Positions 52,124 to 64,000 of a DNA stretch of 64,000 nucleotides are shown piece by piece (position 1 is the first letter of the stretch; each line of letters starts with the position of its first letter). The notes under the pieces were generated by a model. The model was not told the origin of the DNA. It saw only the letters and a program-made list of their open reading frames with translations, and ran no database searches. Position numbers and translations under genes: made by a program. This stretch comes from Octopus vulgaris (taxonomy: Eukaryota). The DNA lies in NCBI GenBank assembly GCA_951406725.2, contig OX597837.1:12586001-12650000 (forward strand), read 5' to 3'.

Positions 52124-52272
52124 CATATATATACATAAAATCGTTGAATATCTTATCAGTGGCCAACCTATAAAACCGACCTATTTAGGTAAAGTTATAT
52201 AGATTTATAATAGCATAAAATAGTATAAATTATAGTTATAATTGTATTTTATACTAGTATAAATCTATGCAC

Positions 52273-52303
<31 letters not shown>

Positions 52304-52521
52304 TATATATATTGAGAGAGAGAGGGGGGGGAGAAAGAGAGACAGACAGACAAACATGAACATGCATATGTATTGGCGTATGACTTGCTGTATGACTTTC
52401 TGCTTCTACGTGCCTGTAAATATGTCTACAAGAGTAAATTATTTCTTGTGTATTTACGGTTGTGTATTTACATTGTTGACGCTGTCATCATAGTCGTCGT
52501 CGTCGTCGTTGTTTAATACTA

Positions 52522-52733
52522 TTTTACTCTTTTACTTGTTTCAGTCATTTGACTGCGGCCATGCTGGAGCACCGCCTTTAGTCGAGCAACTCGACCCTGG
52601 GACTTATTCTTTGTAAGCCCAGTACTTATTCTATCGGTCTCTTTTGCCGAACCGCTAAGTTACTGGGACATAAACACACCAGCATCGGTTGTCAAGCAAT
52701 GCTAGGGGGACAAACACAGACACAGACACACAA

Positions 52734-52786
<53 letters not shown>

Positions 52787-53905
52787 TACGACGGGCTTCT
52801 TTCAATTTCCGTCTACCAAATCCACTCACAAGGCTTTGGTCGGTCCTAGGCTATAGTGGAAGATACTTGCCCAAGGTGCCACGCAGTGGGACTGAACCCG
52901 GAACCATGTGGTTGGTAAGCAAGCTACTTACTACACAGCCACTCCTGCGCCATATATATATATATATACATATATACGACGGGTTTCTTTCAGTTTCCGT
53001 CTACCAAATCCACTCACAAGGCTTTCGTCGGTCCGAGGCTATAGCAGAAGACACTTGCCCAAGATGCCACGCAGTGGGACTGAACCCGGAACCATGTGGT
53101 TGGTAAGCAAGCTACTTACCGCACAGCCACTCCTGCGCCTATTATGTAATCCTTGATCGATGACGTCTGAAATCGAACTCGTTCCGTCCTTACCCACGTG
53201 AAGGCGCGTGTCTTAATGGTGGGAGGTATTCAGCTCACGATCTTAAGGTTGTGAGTTCGATCCCCGGCGGGGTTTGTGTCCTTGAGCAAGGTACTTTATT
53301 TCACATTGCTCCAGTCCTCACAGTTGACGAAAATGAATAGTGCCACCTCTATTTCAAAAACACCCACTTTTAGTATCTACAACAATGTATAAACTAAAAC
53401 CTTTTTCCATGCAAAAGGGTCGGAGTAGCATGTGAGTCCTTATTTTTCCTTCTGTGCTTCCATCTTTCTCGTTTCTCTTATTTAATTTTTGACTCCTTTA
53501 TTTGTTTCAGCCATTTAACTGCGGCCATGCTGGAGCACCGTCTTTAGTCGAACAAATGGACCGCAGGAGTTATTCTTTGTAAGCCTAGTACTTATTCTAT
53601 GGGTTTCTTTTGCTGAACCGCTAAGTTACGGGGACGTAAACACACCACCATCGGTTGCCAGGTGATGATGGGGGAACAAATATAGACACACAAACACTCA
53701 CACACACACATACACACACACACACACATATATATATATACGACAGTCTTCTTCAGTTTTCGTCTACCAGATCCACTCAGATGGCTTTGGTTGGCCCGAG
53801 GCTACAGTAGAAAACACTTACTTGCCAAAGGTGCCCGTAGTGGGACTGAACCTGGAACCATGTGGTTGGTATGCAAGCTACTTACTACACAGCCACTCCT
53901 GTACC
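52522..53905. mobile_element. SINE A copies (52522-53140 with duplicated head; 53490-53905; minus) flanking another tRNA/CORE-like SINE head (53200-53345, plus)
   Basis: Family A consensus. The plus-strand head is aggcgcgtgtcttaatggt...gagttcgatcccc...gtgtccttgagcaag. Confidence 0.8.
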
Positions 53906-55083
53906 TATGTTTATATAAAATACAAATGTGAAACTCACCTTAAGAATACATATAGCAATATAATTTCACATGAACTTTGATACAAAAACAGTTATTCTTT
54001 GAATATATATCGGCCGAGATGTACCATGCCCACCGCACCCGATTTTGACTGGCCCCCTTCCCCAAAAATTTCAGGCCTTGTGCCTAGAGTAGAAAAGTGT
54101 ATTGATGTAGCAAGAGATTAATTTTGTAAAATATTCCAGCCCTAAAGATCTGCTGCGCTGTCACCTATATGTGGATTTGTTGGTCTATTTGTTTAGTACA
54201 CTTTTTTTGTAAATATATATGTTTTAATTATGCTGTGATTTAATATAGTTGCCCATTTACGGTGTATTCAATTTGAATCGTATTTTTAACACGTCCATTA
54301 ATAGTGTAACATCTCCGAAATGATCCTATATTTTTCGCGGATTATTCGGAACAAAATATTTCTGACAGCTCCACTTCATTAAAATATTTCTGGGTATAGA
54401 CAAAACGAAGTCATATAAAGCCAAATAGAGAAAAGTATTCTTGATTTAATATAATTCTGTAATGTCCATCCGAAACCCTTGCAATCCCTATGCGTAACAT
54501 TTGCCTTGTTTGTGTCAAAAGACATTTGTGACAATAAATGGAATACAGCCTTTTTTGTTGTTATTGTTGTTGTTGTTGTCTTTCTTGTCTAACAAGATGT
54601 TAAGTGTATGTTCATGTTACGAATTAATTTTGTGAATTTTCAAACACTGGATGCTCATTCCTGTGCCAAATCGACAGGAATTGATATAAAAAAGATGACA
54701 ATATTTTATTTTCATTTTTGGAACTGTTTATGGACGAAAGAAATATTAAATAATTTTACATAATTCGACATTGCATAAGCATATATAATTCTAAATAATT
54801 CTAAAGAGACAGAATGAAAAAAGAAACGATAGTGAAAGGAAGGGGTTTCATAGCGATTTCTATTTTTTGAAAACAATGAAAACGAAGAGGTCGCTATAAG
54901 AAAAGTAGAGATTATATGTCACCGTAAATTTTTTTCAGAAAGTAAACAAAACAAATACTAGAAATTAACTCAAATTTTCATCCAATATTACCAAAAATAA
55001 AAGAAAATAAACAAATGAGAAGGATAGTTATTCGCAACTACTGAATGTATCTTGGTCTCCCATGTTCTAGCTAGGCAAAACGA

Positions 55084-56559
55084 TCAACGAATTTTCTCAT
55101 CTCTTCCTTTTGTATTCCTGTTGCTAGGATGCACAGATGATCCGGGTACTTCTGGACCTGTCCAATCTTGGATCTCTCCTTTTGCTAATATTGCAAAAAA
55201 TATTGCACCAAATACACAAATAGCAGCGTACACGGCGAACGTGATCTGCCATTCTTTTTGTGTACCGTTTGGTGTTAGAGCGTTAGTAGATACGGCGCTA
55301 ATGCAGCCTGCTATGGAAGTAAATGTGTTGGCAAATCCAAACACAATACCAGCATAACTTGGAGCAATGTCATTGTTATTGACGAGGGCACCACCACTGG
55401 TAACTGATATTGTTATACCACTGAGAAACAAAAGGAGAGTTATTAGAACGGTTTGGTCACATCTAAGGAATCCTATGGCAATCAGCAGACATGCTGAAGC
55501 CACCATGGAAAATGTTTGGAATAAAACTCGTACGGAACGAGTTGACAGATATTTCTTGGAACGTAAAATATCTGCACATTTTCCACACAACGGTAGAGCA
55601 ATGATTTGTCCAATGGAAGGAACAGACGACATTAAACCGTTCGCTGTTGTATTAACGTTTAAGGCTTCTTTCATATACAGAGGGAGCAATACTTGGAAAG
55701 ATATATCAGTCCAGCCATAAGAAAACATACCGAAATTAATAGCCCATACGGCAGGTGAGAAAATCAGTCGTCGCCAAGGCAGATTCTTGACTACATTTTC
55801 ACTTACTATAGTCCTTTTTAAGTAAGAACGTTCTTCTTCGCTGATTGTGGGATGGACGTCTGGATTATCATAAACAATGTAAAACCATACACAACTAAAT
55901 ACCAACGATATTCCACCAAATATATAAAATATGGAACCCCATCCATTATCAAATCCATAAACACAAAGAAAACCAGATATTGAAAGACCTACAATACTAC
56001 CTATAAACTGACCAGCAAATGAAAACCCAATCAAAGAACTGATTTCTTTTGGAGGGCCCCAACGTCCAAATAAGGACTGAATTGATGGGGGCACCGCTGA
56101 CGATGCCATGCCAGTTAATATCCTTAGAAAAAGTGTAAAGTAACCACTAATTCGAGATAAACTTGGGTAAAGAATGGTCAAAATTGATGCTATGAGAAGT
56201 GAACCTCCAAGAACCCTTTTCCCACCATATTTATCTGCCAATACACCACCCAAAATATTAGTTGCTATATACCCATAGAAGTACCCTGCCAACATATTCG
56301 ATTGTAGAGCATCGCTCCATTCGAACTCTCCTTCATAGTTTTGATTCATAGAATTATTGTCCGAAGTAGAACACTCTCGGTTGTTTGCAGTAATGTTAAC
56401 CTTCTCAGTTGTACGATTGAGTGGTTTCAACATACAAACAAAAGCCATGCTTAGATCAACTCTTAATGTTTGCATCAGAAGAAAAGCAACAGTACAGGCA
56501 TAACATAATCTCCATCGACATGAAGTGTAATGTTTCACCCATCTGATAAACCTCGACAT
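55084..56559 (-). CDS. SLC17/sialin-like MFS transporter paralog 6 (491 aa), inverted relative to the others
   Basis: Intact ORF with all SLC17 motifs. The homologous 5'-flank module extends to ~57860 on the minus strand. Confidence 0.93.
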   Translation of the reverse strand: MSRFIRWVKHYTSCRWRLCYACTVAFLLMQTLRVDLSMAFVCMLKPLNRTTEKVNITANNRECSTSDNNSMNQNYEGEFEWSDALQSNMLAGYFYGYIATNILGGVLADKYGGKRVLGGSLLIASILTILYPSLSRISGYFTLFLRILTGMASSAVPPSIQSLFGRWGPPKEISSLIGFSFAGQFIGSIVGLSISGFLCVYGFDNGWGSIFYIFGGISLVFSCVWFYIVYDNPDVHPTISEEERSYLKRTIVSENVVKNLPWRRLIFSPAVWAINFGMFSYGWTDISFQVLLPLYMKEALNVNTTANGLMSSVPSIGQIIALPLCGKCADILRSKKYLSTRSVRVLFQTFSMVASACLLIAIGFLRCDQTVLITLLLFLSGITISVTSGGALVNNNDIAPSYAGIVFGFANTFTSIAGCISAVSTNALTPNGTQKEWQITFAVYAAICVFGAIFFAILAKGEIQDWTGPEVPGSSVHPSNRNTKGRDEKIR

Positions 56560-58204
56560 TTTCTCTTGAACTTCAGGTTTTCCAGATTCTCACAAAGTTT
56601 CGATTGACGCTTAGAATCTGAAATTATATCAATCGATGAGGAATCTAACATACACTAACAAACAATTGTAGCACTTCAATAACGTACCTCTAGTACATTT
56701 TAGGTAGAGTTAATGTTCACGGTAAATTAGTACATTTTTTATCGATAAACATATACGTTATTTTCGAATCAATCATAACTCAAGAAAATATACACATTAA
56801 TTGCTTTGTTAACTTCCAGTTGGTTCTTTGGTTTGTATAAGATCAATATCGATTGATGTTTAGAATCTGAAATTATACCAATCGATGAGGAATCTTAACA
56901 TACACAAACAATTGTAGCAGTTCAATAATTAATAACTTTGATTAGGTTGCGTTATTGCCTTCTCTGAAATTACTTAATTATATAACAGATGTTTGTTTTC
57001 TCAAGTGTGCTTTGCATAGAATAAAATGTGTTCTTCCAAAATTATGAACAAAATGTCTTTTGTACAGTACAGTTAGAATTATAGGTCACAGAAAAAGTGT
57101 AAAGTAACACTTTTTTTATCGAGAAACATGTACTTTACTTTGCAATTACTATAAATTCAAGTAACAATATTCATCAGTTATGGAGTTTGTTAACTGATGT
57201 TCTCTTTTATTTCGGAATAGAAAATGTCAAGTTAAGGCGAAAATGCAATAAAATAAGTAAAGAAACAGTGTTGTGACAGAAAGCTGCAGAGAATAAAGGT
57301 TCAAGGATTAAGTAATAACCTGACTATTTGAGACAGGAATTAACACCATCATGTCCGAATCCTTCTGTATCTATTGTAAATCTGAGACTTTACAAATGCA
57401 TAAGAAACAGTTGAAGGATATTTGAGATCCAACTAAGTATTACAAAATGTGTTTTCAATTCCTGTTGGTTCTTTGGTTTGTATAATAACATTTTATAGTA
57501 AAAGATAAGTGCATACGTCATAGAAAGTGGTAGTAAACTCCAAGAGAGCTCAGTCTGCAAATATGGTCTAAATTCTTTGATTTGTTTAAGTATAATTAAT
57601 ATTAGTTTAGAAAACTTGTGTGTTTCGGGTTTACGATGTAGTTTATATTGCATGTTGAGTGATGCCATGTAATCCAGTCGTTCAGAAACCGAAGATCCAG
57701 CAGCAGGAAATATTAGTTCAATGACGAATATCGTTGAACAGAATTGGTGACGCTGAGAAAGAAAATTCGTGTAATTCTTCACGCTTCTTTATGATTTTAA
57801 TTCAGGCAAGAATGGATCCATTGTATAGGCCCTGTATCAATATAAAGAAATTAAATATTAACTGATGGGATCACATATTTATGCACATACACACACACAG
57901 AAATATATATATATATATATATATATGGGCAAGGAAAAATTATAAAAAGGCAGAATGCTAAATTGAAAGAAAATTTTAATGAAAATGGGTGTATGGAAAA
58001 TTTTGAAAAATTGATAAAATATATATATATATTAATTCAAACCGGTTTTTGTCATAATGTAACTTTTCAAGAATTGTAAAGAAAATTTTTTTTTTTTTAA
58101 TTTGAGGAGGGGGAAAAAAGAAAATTACATTGTTTTTTGCAAAAAAATAATAATAAATATATACAAAAAAAATAATAATAAAAATGAAAAATGTAGTGTC
58201 ATAT

Positions 58205-61200
58205 ATATAACTTAGAATAACTTAGAAAGGTTTTGGCCAGTATTGGCCCAGGCCATGTCTAACTTAATAGCACCGCCTGGTGAAGTCTTTCCATTCAGGA
58301 TTTGGGCACCAAGGCCCATTCGAGCAGAGAGTTATTGTTTTCGGAGACATATCCGGGTGTGGGTGGTTTGTCCGGGACTGTTTGAAGGAATTTGTCCAAA
58401 ATCTTCTTGAATTTTGTGTGGTCAGTTTCTGTTTTGACGTGTCTTGGTGTAATGTTGAAGAGGGCGAGCGAGTCCAATTGAGGTGAAATAATTGTGCCGC
58501 AATGTTGTTATGAGATGCGATTGAGATTTTTGTTGTGGACGGATGGCACGGAGTCCAAGTCTTGGATGTATTTTGAAGGTGATACCAATATCATTTGGAC
58601 AGTGCTGATGGAATATTTTCCACATCATACAGATAATGTAGCGTTCACGGCGTCGTTGGAGTGAATACAGTTTCAGCTTTTCCAGTCGATCCCAGTAGTC
58701 GAGGTCTGACATGCCATCTATCTTTTTCGTGATTGACCTTTGGGGAGCTTCAACTTTCATAATATTCCGTTTTGTGTAGGGAGACCACAGTGGACAGCAG
58801 TATTCAAGGTGAGGTCGGGCAAAAGTGGAGAAGAGAAGGATAATGGTGTGGGAATCTCTCGACTGGAAGGTTCTGAGAATCCAGGAACACATTCTGCGAG
58901 CCATGTCAACTTTGCTGCTTATATGTGTAGCCCAGCTTATGTTGTTGTCCACAGTTACTCCCAAGTCTCTGCTGTTGTTAGACGCCATGAGAGTTTCACC
59001 AGAAGGAAGGGAGTATGGGAGTTTCAGAGCGTCCTTCCTTCCAAAGTGGATCAATTCGAATTTGTCTTCGTTTAGCACCATGTTGTTCTTTTCTGCCCAT
59101 TGGACAACAACCAGTAGGTCTGACTGAATGTTTATCCGGTCATCCACGCCATTGATGACCTTCTGGAGCTTGGAATCATCAGCGAAGATTCTGATGTTAC
59201 TGTGTTTGATGATGTCAGTGATGTCATTAATGTAGATGATGAAGAGAAGTGGGCCCAACACAGTGCCTTGTGGGACACCACTACTGACTTTGGCTGGTCT
59301 GGATTTGACTCCTTCGACTACAACATGTTGGGTTCTGTTAGACAGGAAGCACTTGATCCACTGCAGTAGCTTTCCAGTGACACCAATATTGGACAGCTTT
59401 CTCAAAAGGATCTTATAATCAACCCTGTCAAAGGCCTTGCTGAAATCAATGTAGATAACATCAGTGTTGGAACCCTCTCCCAAGGCTCTCAAAATGTCAT
59501 CGAAGTGATGCAGTAGCTGTGTCAGGCAATCCCTTCCATTACGGAATCCTTGCTGGTTGGAGTTCAGCATATTATGACTCTCAAGGAAGTGAGTCATACG
59601 CGATCTCACCTCTCTCTCAAATACCTTAATGATATGAGAGGTGAGTGAGATTGGACAGTAATTCACGGCAAGGGATTTGTTTCCTTTTTTGAAAACTGGG
59701 ACAACAGACTAGGATAGAAGGTTTTCTGGTATATATCCAGCATCCAGTGAGTTCCGCCACAGATTGGCTAGAGGAGGTGCAAGTTGGTGTTGACACATCT
59801 TCAAGACACAAGCAGGGAACCTATCGGGACCTACTGCTGAATTATGCTTCATTTCCTTTATTGCTGCTAAGACATCAGGAGCGCCAAAGGTTATGTCCGA
59901 TAAAGTGTATTGGGGAGTAATATCAGTGATACAGCCCAGATCAGCCATATCAGGATTGCTGAAAACAGAGCAGTATTGTTTCTGCAACATCTCTCCCATG
60001 GTTTTGGCATTGTCTTGAAGAGTACCATTTTCATCAATCAGAGGGCCAACAGTAGAGCCAGTAACTTTGTGTTGTTTTGCAAATGAGAAGAACACTTTGG
60101 GATTAAGTTTGATCTTCTCAATGGCCCAGGCCTCTTCAGCTCTTCTCTGACTATTGATGATAAACATCATGTTGTTTTGGAGGTAATGTTTTTTAATCTC
60201 TAGTGACGTGATGGCAGTCAGGTTGGTGTGTTGCTGTTGGCAGTATTTCAGCTTGTTGATCTTTTTGTTGATTCTTTTAATTTTCCTGATGAGAGTTTTT
60301 CTATTTCTGGGGATTCTGCACTTAGATTTGTTTGCAGATCTTAATGGGGTGTGTTTTGCACATATGTTCGTAATGGTGTCTACAAATGACTGCCAGGACT
60401 TATTGATGTTAGTGGGTGTGTATGTGTGCGTGAAGGACCAATCGAATTGTGCAAGATCATTACTGATCGCTTCCCAGTTTGCGTTGTGGAAATCCATAGT
60501 GTCAAATGGATGGACAAGAGGGATGACATTTGTTTTGCATTTTGGCCGGTGAATTTTCAGATCACAGAGAACCATGTCGTGATCAGAGAGTAGAGTTTTC
60601 TCCACTGCAATATTGTGGATAGTGTCAGTGTGATTGCTGAAAATTAAGTCTAGGACGTTTTTGTGACATCTCGTTGGTTCGAGCACCAGTTGGGACAGGA
60701 AAAAATCCTCCATGAAATCATGAAGCGATTCCACTGCCTCCCTGTCAGGGGTTGAGGCAGAAGAACCTGGCGGCAGACTGTTTGTAGACCAGTCAACTCC
60801 AGGGAGATTGAAGTCCCCCATCATTAAGATGTTGTCAGATTGATACTGCTGAATGAAACACTTTATGTTATTGAGACATTCCTTGAAGCATGCTAGTGGC
60901 GTTTGGGGTGGTCTGTAGAGCCCAACTACTGTTAAGTTGTTGGTTTGACTTAATACAGCGACTGCTTCGCAGTATCCATTGGAAAATATGTTCATAGCCT
61001 CTGTTGAGAAAGAATCATGAACATAAATGGCAGTCCCACCCTTTCTTCTGCCAGCACGATCAGCACGAATGGCTTTGAAATTTTTAACTTTCACCTCGGC
61101 TTCCAAGTGGAGGTTACTAAGATGGGTTTCAGTGAGGACGAAGAAAGGGATGTGGCTTGGATGGGTATCGACCCAGTCCTCCAGGAATTTTATCTTCCAT

Positions 61201-62580
61201 TTTTGAGTATTGGTGGAAGGGCTGATGCCTTGGGCATTAAGCAAAAATGTTGAGGCGAGAGTGGATAGTTTTAATTGTTTTGGTGTTTTGTTTATTTGAT
61301 TGCTTTTTAATGGCATGTGCAGTGGGGTGATAGTGGTGAATGGTGGTGGGTGATAGCTCGGATGTTTTTTTCCAGTTCTTTTGCTAGATTCATTATAGCT
61401 AAAAAAGAGGAAGAAGTTTCCTGTCTAGGGAACTGTAGGTGACTGTGGTTGTGGTTATTATTATATGAGTGGTTATTGTTATATGAGTCGTAGGTTTTTT
61501 TGTTTTTATTTTTACTTTTATAATCAATTGTCCGACGAGTCCCCGGGAGATGGGTAAAGGGGCAATCTCTGTGCAAACACAATCTGTCTCGCTGGGAATA
61601 GCGGCAGATTTGAGGATTCCTTCTTTTAGTTATTGGTGGTTGTGGTGGTGTTGTAATAGAGTATGCATTATGGTGGTAGCTGTTGTAGTTTGTGGGGATA
61701 TAGCGTTTTGTTCCCGGTAAATGGGTGAATTTGCAGTCGCTATCAGTGCATAATTTATGGCGAAGAGAATATCGGCAAATGATGGGGTTTCGAGTGGGTG
61801 TGTAGGTGCGTGTATGAGTTGTAGATGATAGTTTGTTGAGGTTTTGGCGACCTTTGTGACCTGAGGAGGTAGACTCCTTGAGATAGCATTAGTAGTAGTA
61901 GTTGTAGTAGTAGTAGTAGGCAGAAGAGATGATGACAGTGATGATGATTGAGGAGGTGGATTCCATGATATAGCGGTAGACAAAGATGTTTGTGGATAGA
62001 TAGTGGGTGTAGTACTAGTAGTTGTAAGCAGGGGAGAAGATGTTGACAATGATGATAATTGAGCTGCTGGGGCAGTGAAAGGAAGGGGTGGTGCTTCCTG
62101 CTGTGTGACCCTGATGACTGGGGGGGGGTCAATCGTTTCGTTTAGCAAATCGGCCATTGTAGAAGAATCAAGGAGTGGTTCATACTCTTGTTGTTGCCGC
62201 TGAGGTTGTTGTTGGTGCTGCTGAAGTTGTTGTTGTTGTTGTTGTTGTTGCCGCTGAGTTTGTTGTTGAGGTTGTTGTTGTTGTTGTTGTGCCGGAGATG
62301 CGTTCGAAGAGAAAACACATCTCAGTTTATCGAAGTGTTTATTTATTAATTTAAAAGCAACTTCGATTTGTTTTAATTTATTTTGTATCTGCTGTTCAGA
62401 TCGAGTTTGCAAATGATGAACTGTTCGTTTAGCAATTTCGTTCAGACACGAAGCTCCTATTCTCTCTGTTTGGGTAAGGCCACGCCATGTGCTGATAAAA
62501 CGTCGATTTCATTATCAGACCAGTTTTTGTTGGATTTTTGGTAGCTAGCCATTCTGGTGGATATGTTTTATTAAATTTTA
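58205..62580 (-). mobile_element. Near-complete CR1/L2-group LINE: ORF1 (~62412-61307, frameshifted) and ORF2 APE-RT (61316-58295)
   Basis: APE: LNAQG, LTETH, GLYRPP, MGDFN, LDLIF, SDH. RT: DFSKAFD, SGVPQGTVLGPLLF, FADD, RPHLEYC. ORF2 is broken only by TAG 59711-59709 and a 4-bp duplication near 58468. Short (TTCTAAGTTA)n tail. Confidence 0.9.
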
Positions 62581-62587
62581 TTTTGTT

Positions 62588-63005
62588 ACTCTCTTTACTC
62601 TTTACTCTTTTACTTGTTTCAGTCATTTGACTGCGGCCATGCTGGAGCACCGCCTTTAGTCGAGCAAATCGACCCCAGGACTTATTCTTTGTAAGCCCAG
62701 TACTTATTCTATCGGTCTCTTTTGCCGAACCGCTAAGTGACGGGGACGTAAACACACTAGCATCGGTTGTCAAGCAATGCTAGGGGGACAAACACACACA
62801 CAAACACACACACATACACACATATATACATATATATACATATATACGACAGGCTTCTTTCAGTTTCCGTCTACCAAATCCACTCACAAGGCATTGGTCG
62901 GCCTGGGACTATAGCAGAAGACACTTGCCCAAAGTGCCATGCAGTGGGACTGAACCCGGAACCATGTGGTTGGTTAGCAACCTACTTACCACACAGCCAC
63001 TCCTG
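62588..63005 (-). mobile_element. SINE family A, full length
   Basis: Family consensus including the (GAGTAAAA)n tail and tRNA-like head. Confidence 0.88.
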
Positions 63006-63518
63006 TTCGTTTGTTTTGTTGATTATTTTTATTTACTTTTATTTTTTATTTTATTTTATCTTATTTTTTTTTAAGGAGACGTATGTAGAATAGATTGTAC
63101 AGAATGTTTGATGTAATACTGAGAAATTTGTATTTGAATTATGAGCTTGCAGTTATTTTATCTTTCTTTTCTTTTCTTTTTTTCCCCTCTTTTTCTAATT
63201 TTTAATGTGTGGTTGATCCTTTAGTTATCAGAAGGTGTTGATGAAGTATATATATAAATAAATACTCTCTCGTAGAAGTGTGTGGTTTTGTTTATTTGGT
63301 CGTTTGAAATTTATGAGCATAATTTGTAGTTAAAGAAAAGTCTACTCACGAGTTGGGAAAACGCGTGGTTTCAAATATACAAGAATATATGTGATGGTCA
63401 ATTTCGTTTGTAGCTGTGAAGCTTGCTGCTGACCGGTGCGGAGAGGAGTAAAGACACGTCTTTATACTTCAGCAATAAGTGTGGATTATGAGCAATCATA
63501 ATGTATGTATGTATATAT

Positions 63519-63578
63519 ACAACTTATAAATAAGGGCAAACGAAAAAATTTTTTCGTTTGCCCTTATTTATAAGTTGT
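63519..63578. repeat. Perfect 60-bp palindrome
   Basis: acaacttataaataagggcaaacgaaaaaa|ttttttcgtttgcccttatttataagttgt, with no spacer. Confidence 0.92.
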
Positions 63579-64000
63579 TTATAATTTAACCTTTAAAGGT
63601 ATTTTTTAATATGCTGGCCATTGATAAATTTTTTTTCGAAAAAATGTTATCCTACATTAGATATATATAATAAATATTTAATGGTTTATTGAATATAGAG
63701 TCTGGTAAGTTACAATTTTATTTATATTATATATTTTGTTATATTTCAGTTATAATTTCGTTAAATTATAATTTTGTTATATTAATCTATTTGTATGTAA
63801 TCTCTTTATATTTGAAATAGACTTATTTAGTTGTTTATTTAATCTATTTTATTTAATATAGAAGTATAGATTAGTAGATTAATTATTTAGATTAAACTTA
63901 ATGTTTACCTCTATTTTGTATTGTAGTATGAATATAGACATTTATATACGTATTTATTATACGATATATGAGGTAGTGTGTGTATGTATATATGTGTATA

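Noticed and set aside
58030-58080. Hammerhead-like traces here and at ~63400-63480
   Set aside because: Core boxes deviate from CUGANGA/GAAA, so they cannot be supported.

Overview
AT-rich, microsatellite- and transposon-dense eukaryotic DNA. The SINE families, repeat content and gene family point to an octopus or other coleoid cephalopod; this is inferred, not proven. The window holds a tandem cluster of intron-free SLC17 (sialin/VGLUT/anion:cation symporter family, MFS) transporter genes. Five ORFs are intact (12064, 22995, 34382 and 46272 on +; 56559 on -), one full-length copy has two in-frame stops (6239), and one is an internally deleted relic (about 27.9 kb). All paralogs lack the TM4 acidic residues that couple sialin/VGLUT to protons and lack an N-terminal dileucine sorting tail. 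They are hypervariable in cavity-lining TM7 and are mosaics of one another, which suggests a diversifying small-molecule transporter or sensor repertoire. One paralog takes its C-terminus and stop codon from a SINE insertion whose empty site can be reconstructed exactly. Between the genes are tRNA-derived SINEs, Helitron derivatives, a mariner, a Tx1/L1-type LINE in a (TATC)n site, a Dong/R4 3' end next to (TAA)n, a Penelope remnant and a near-complete CR1/L2-group LINE. There are also three type-I hammerhead ribozyme motifs, fold-back elements and a 72-bp minisatellite. All calls come from reading the sequence by eye; no searches were run.
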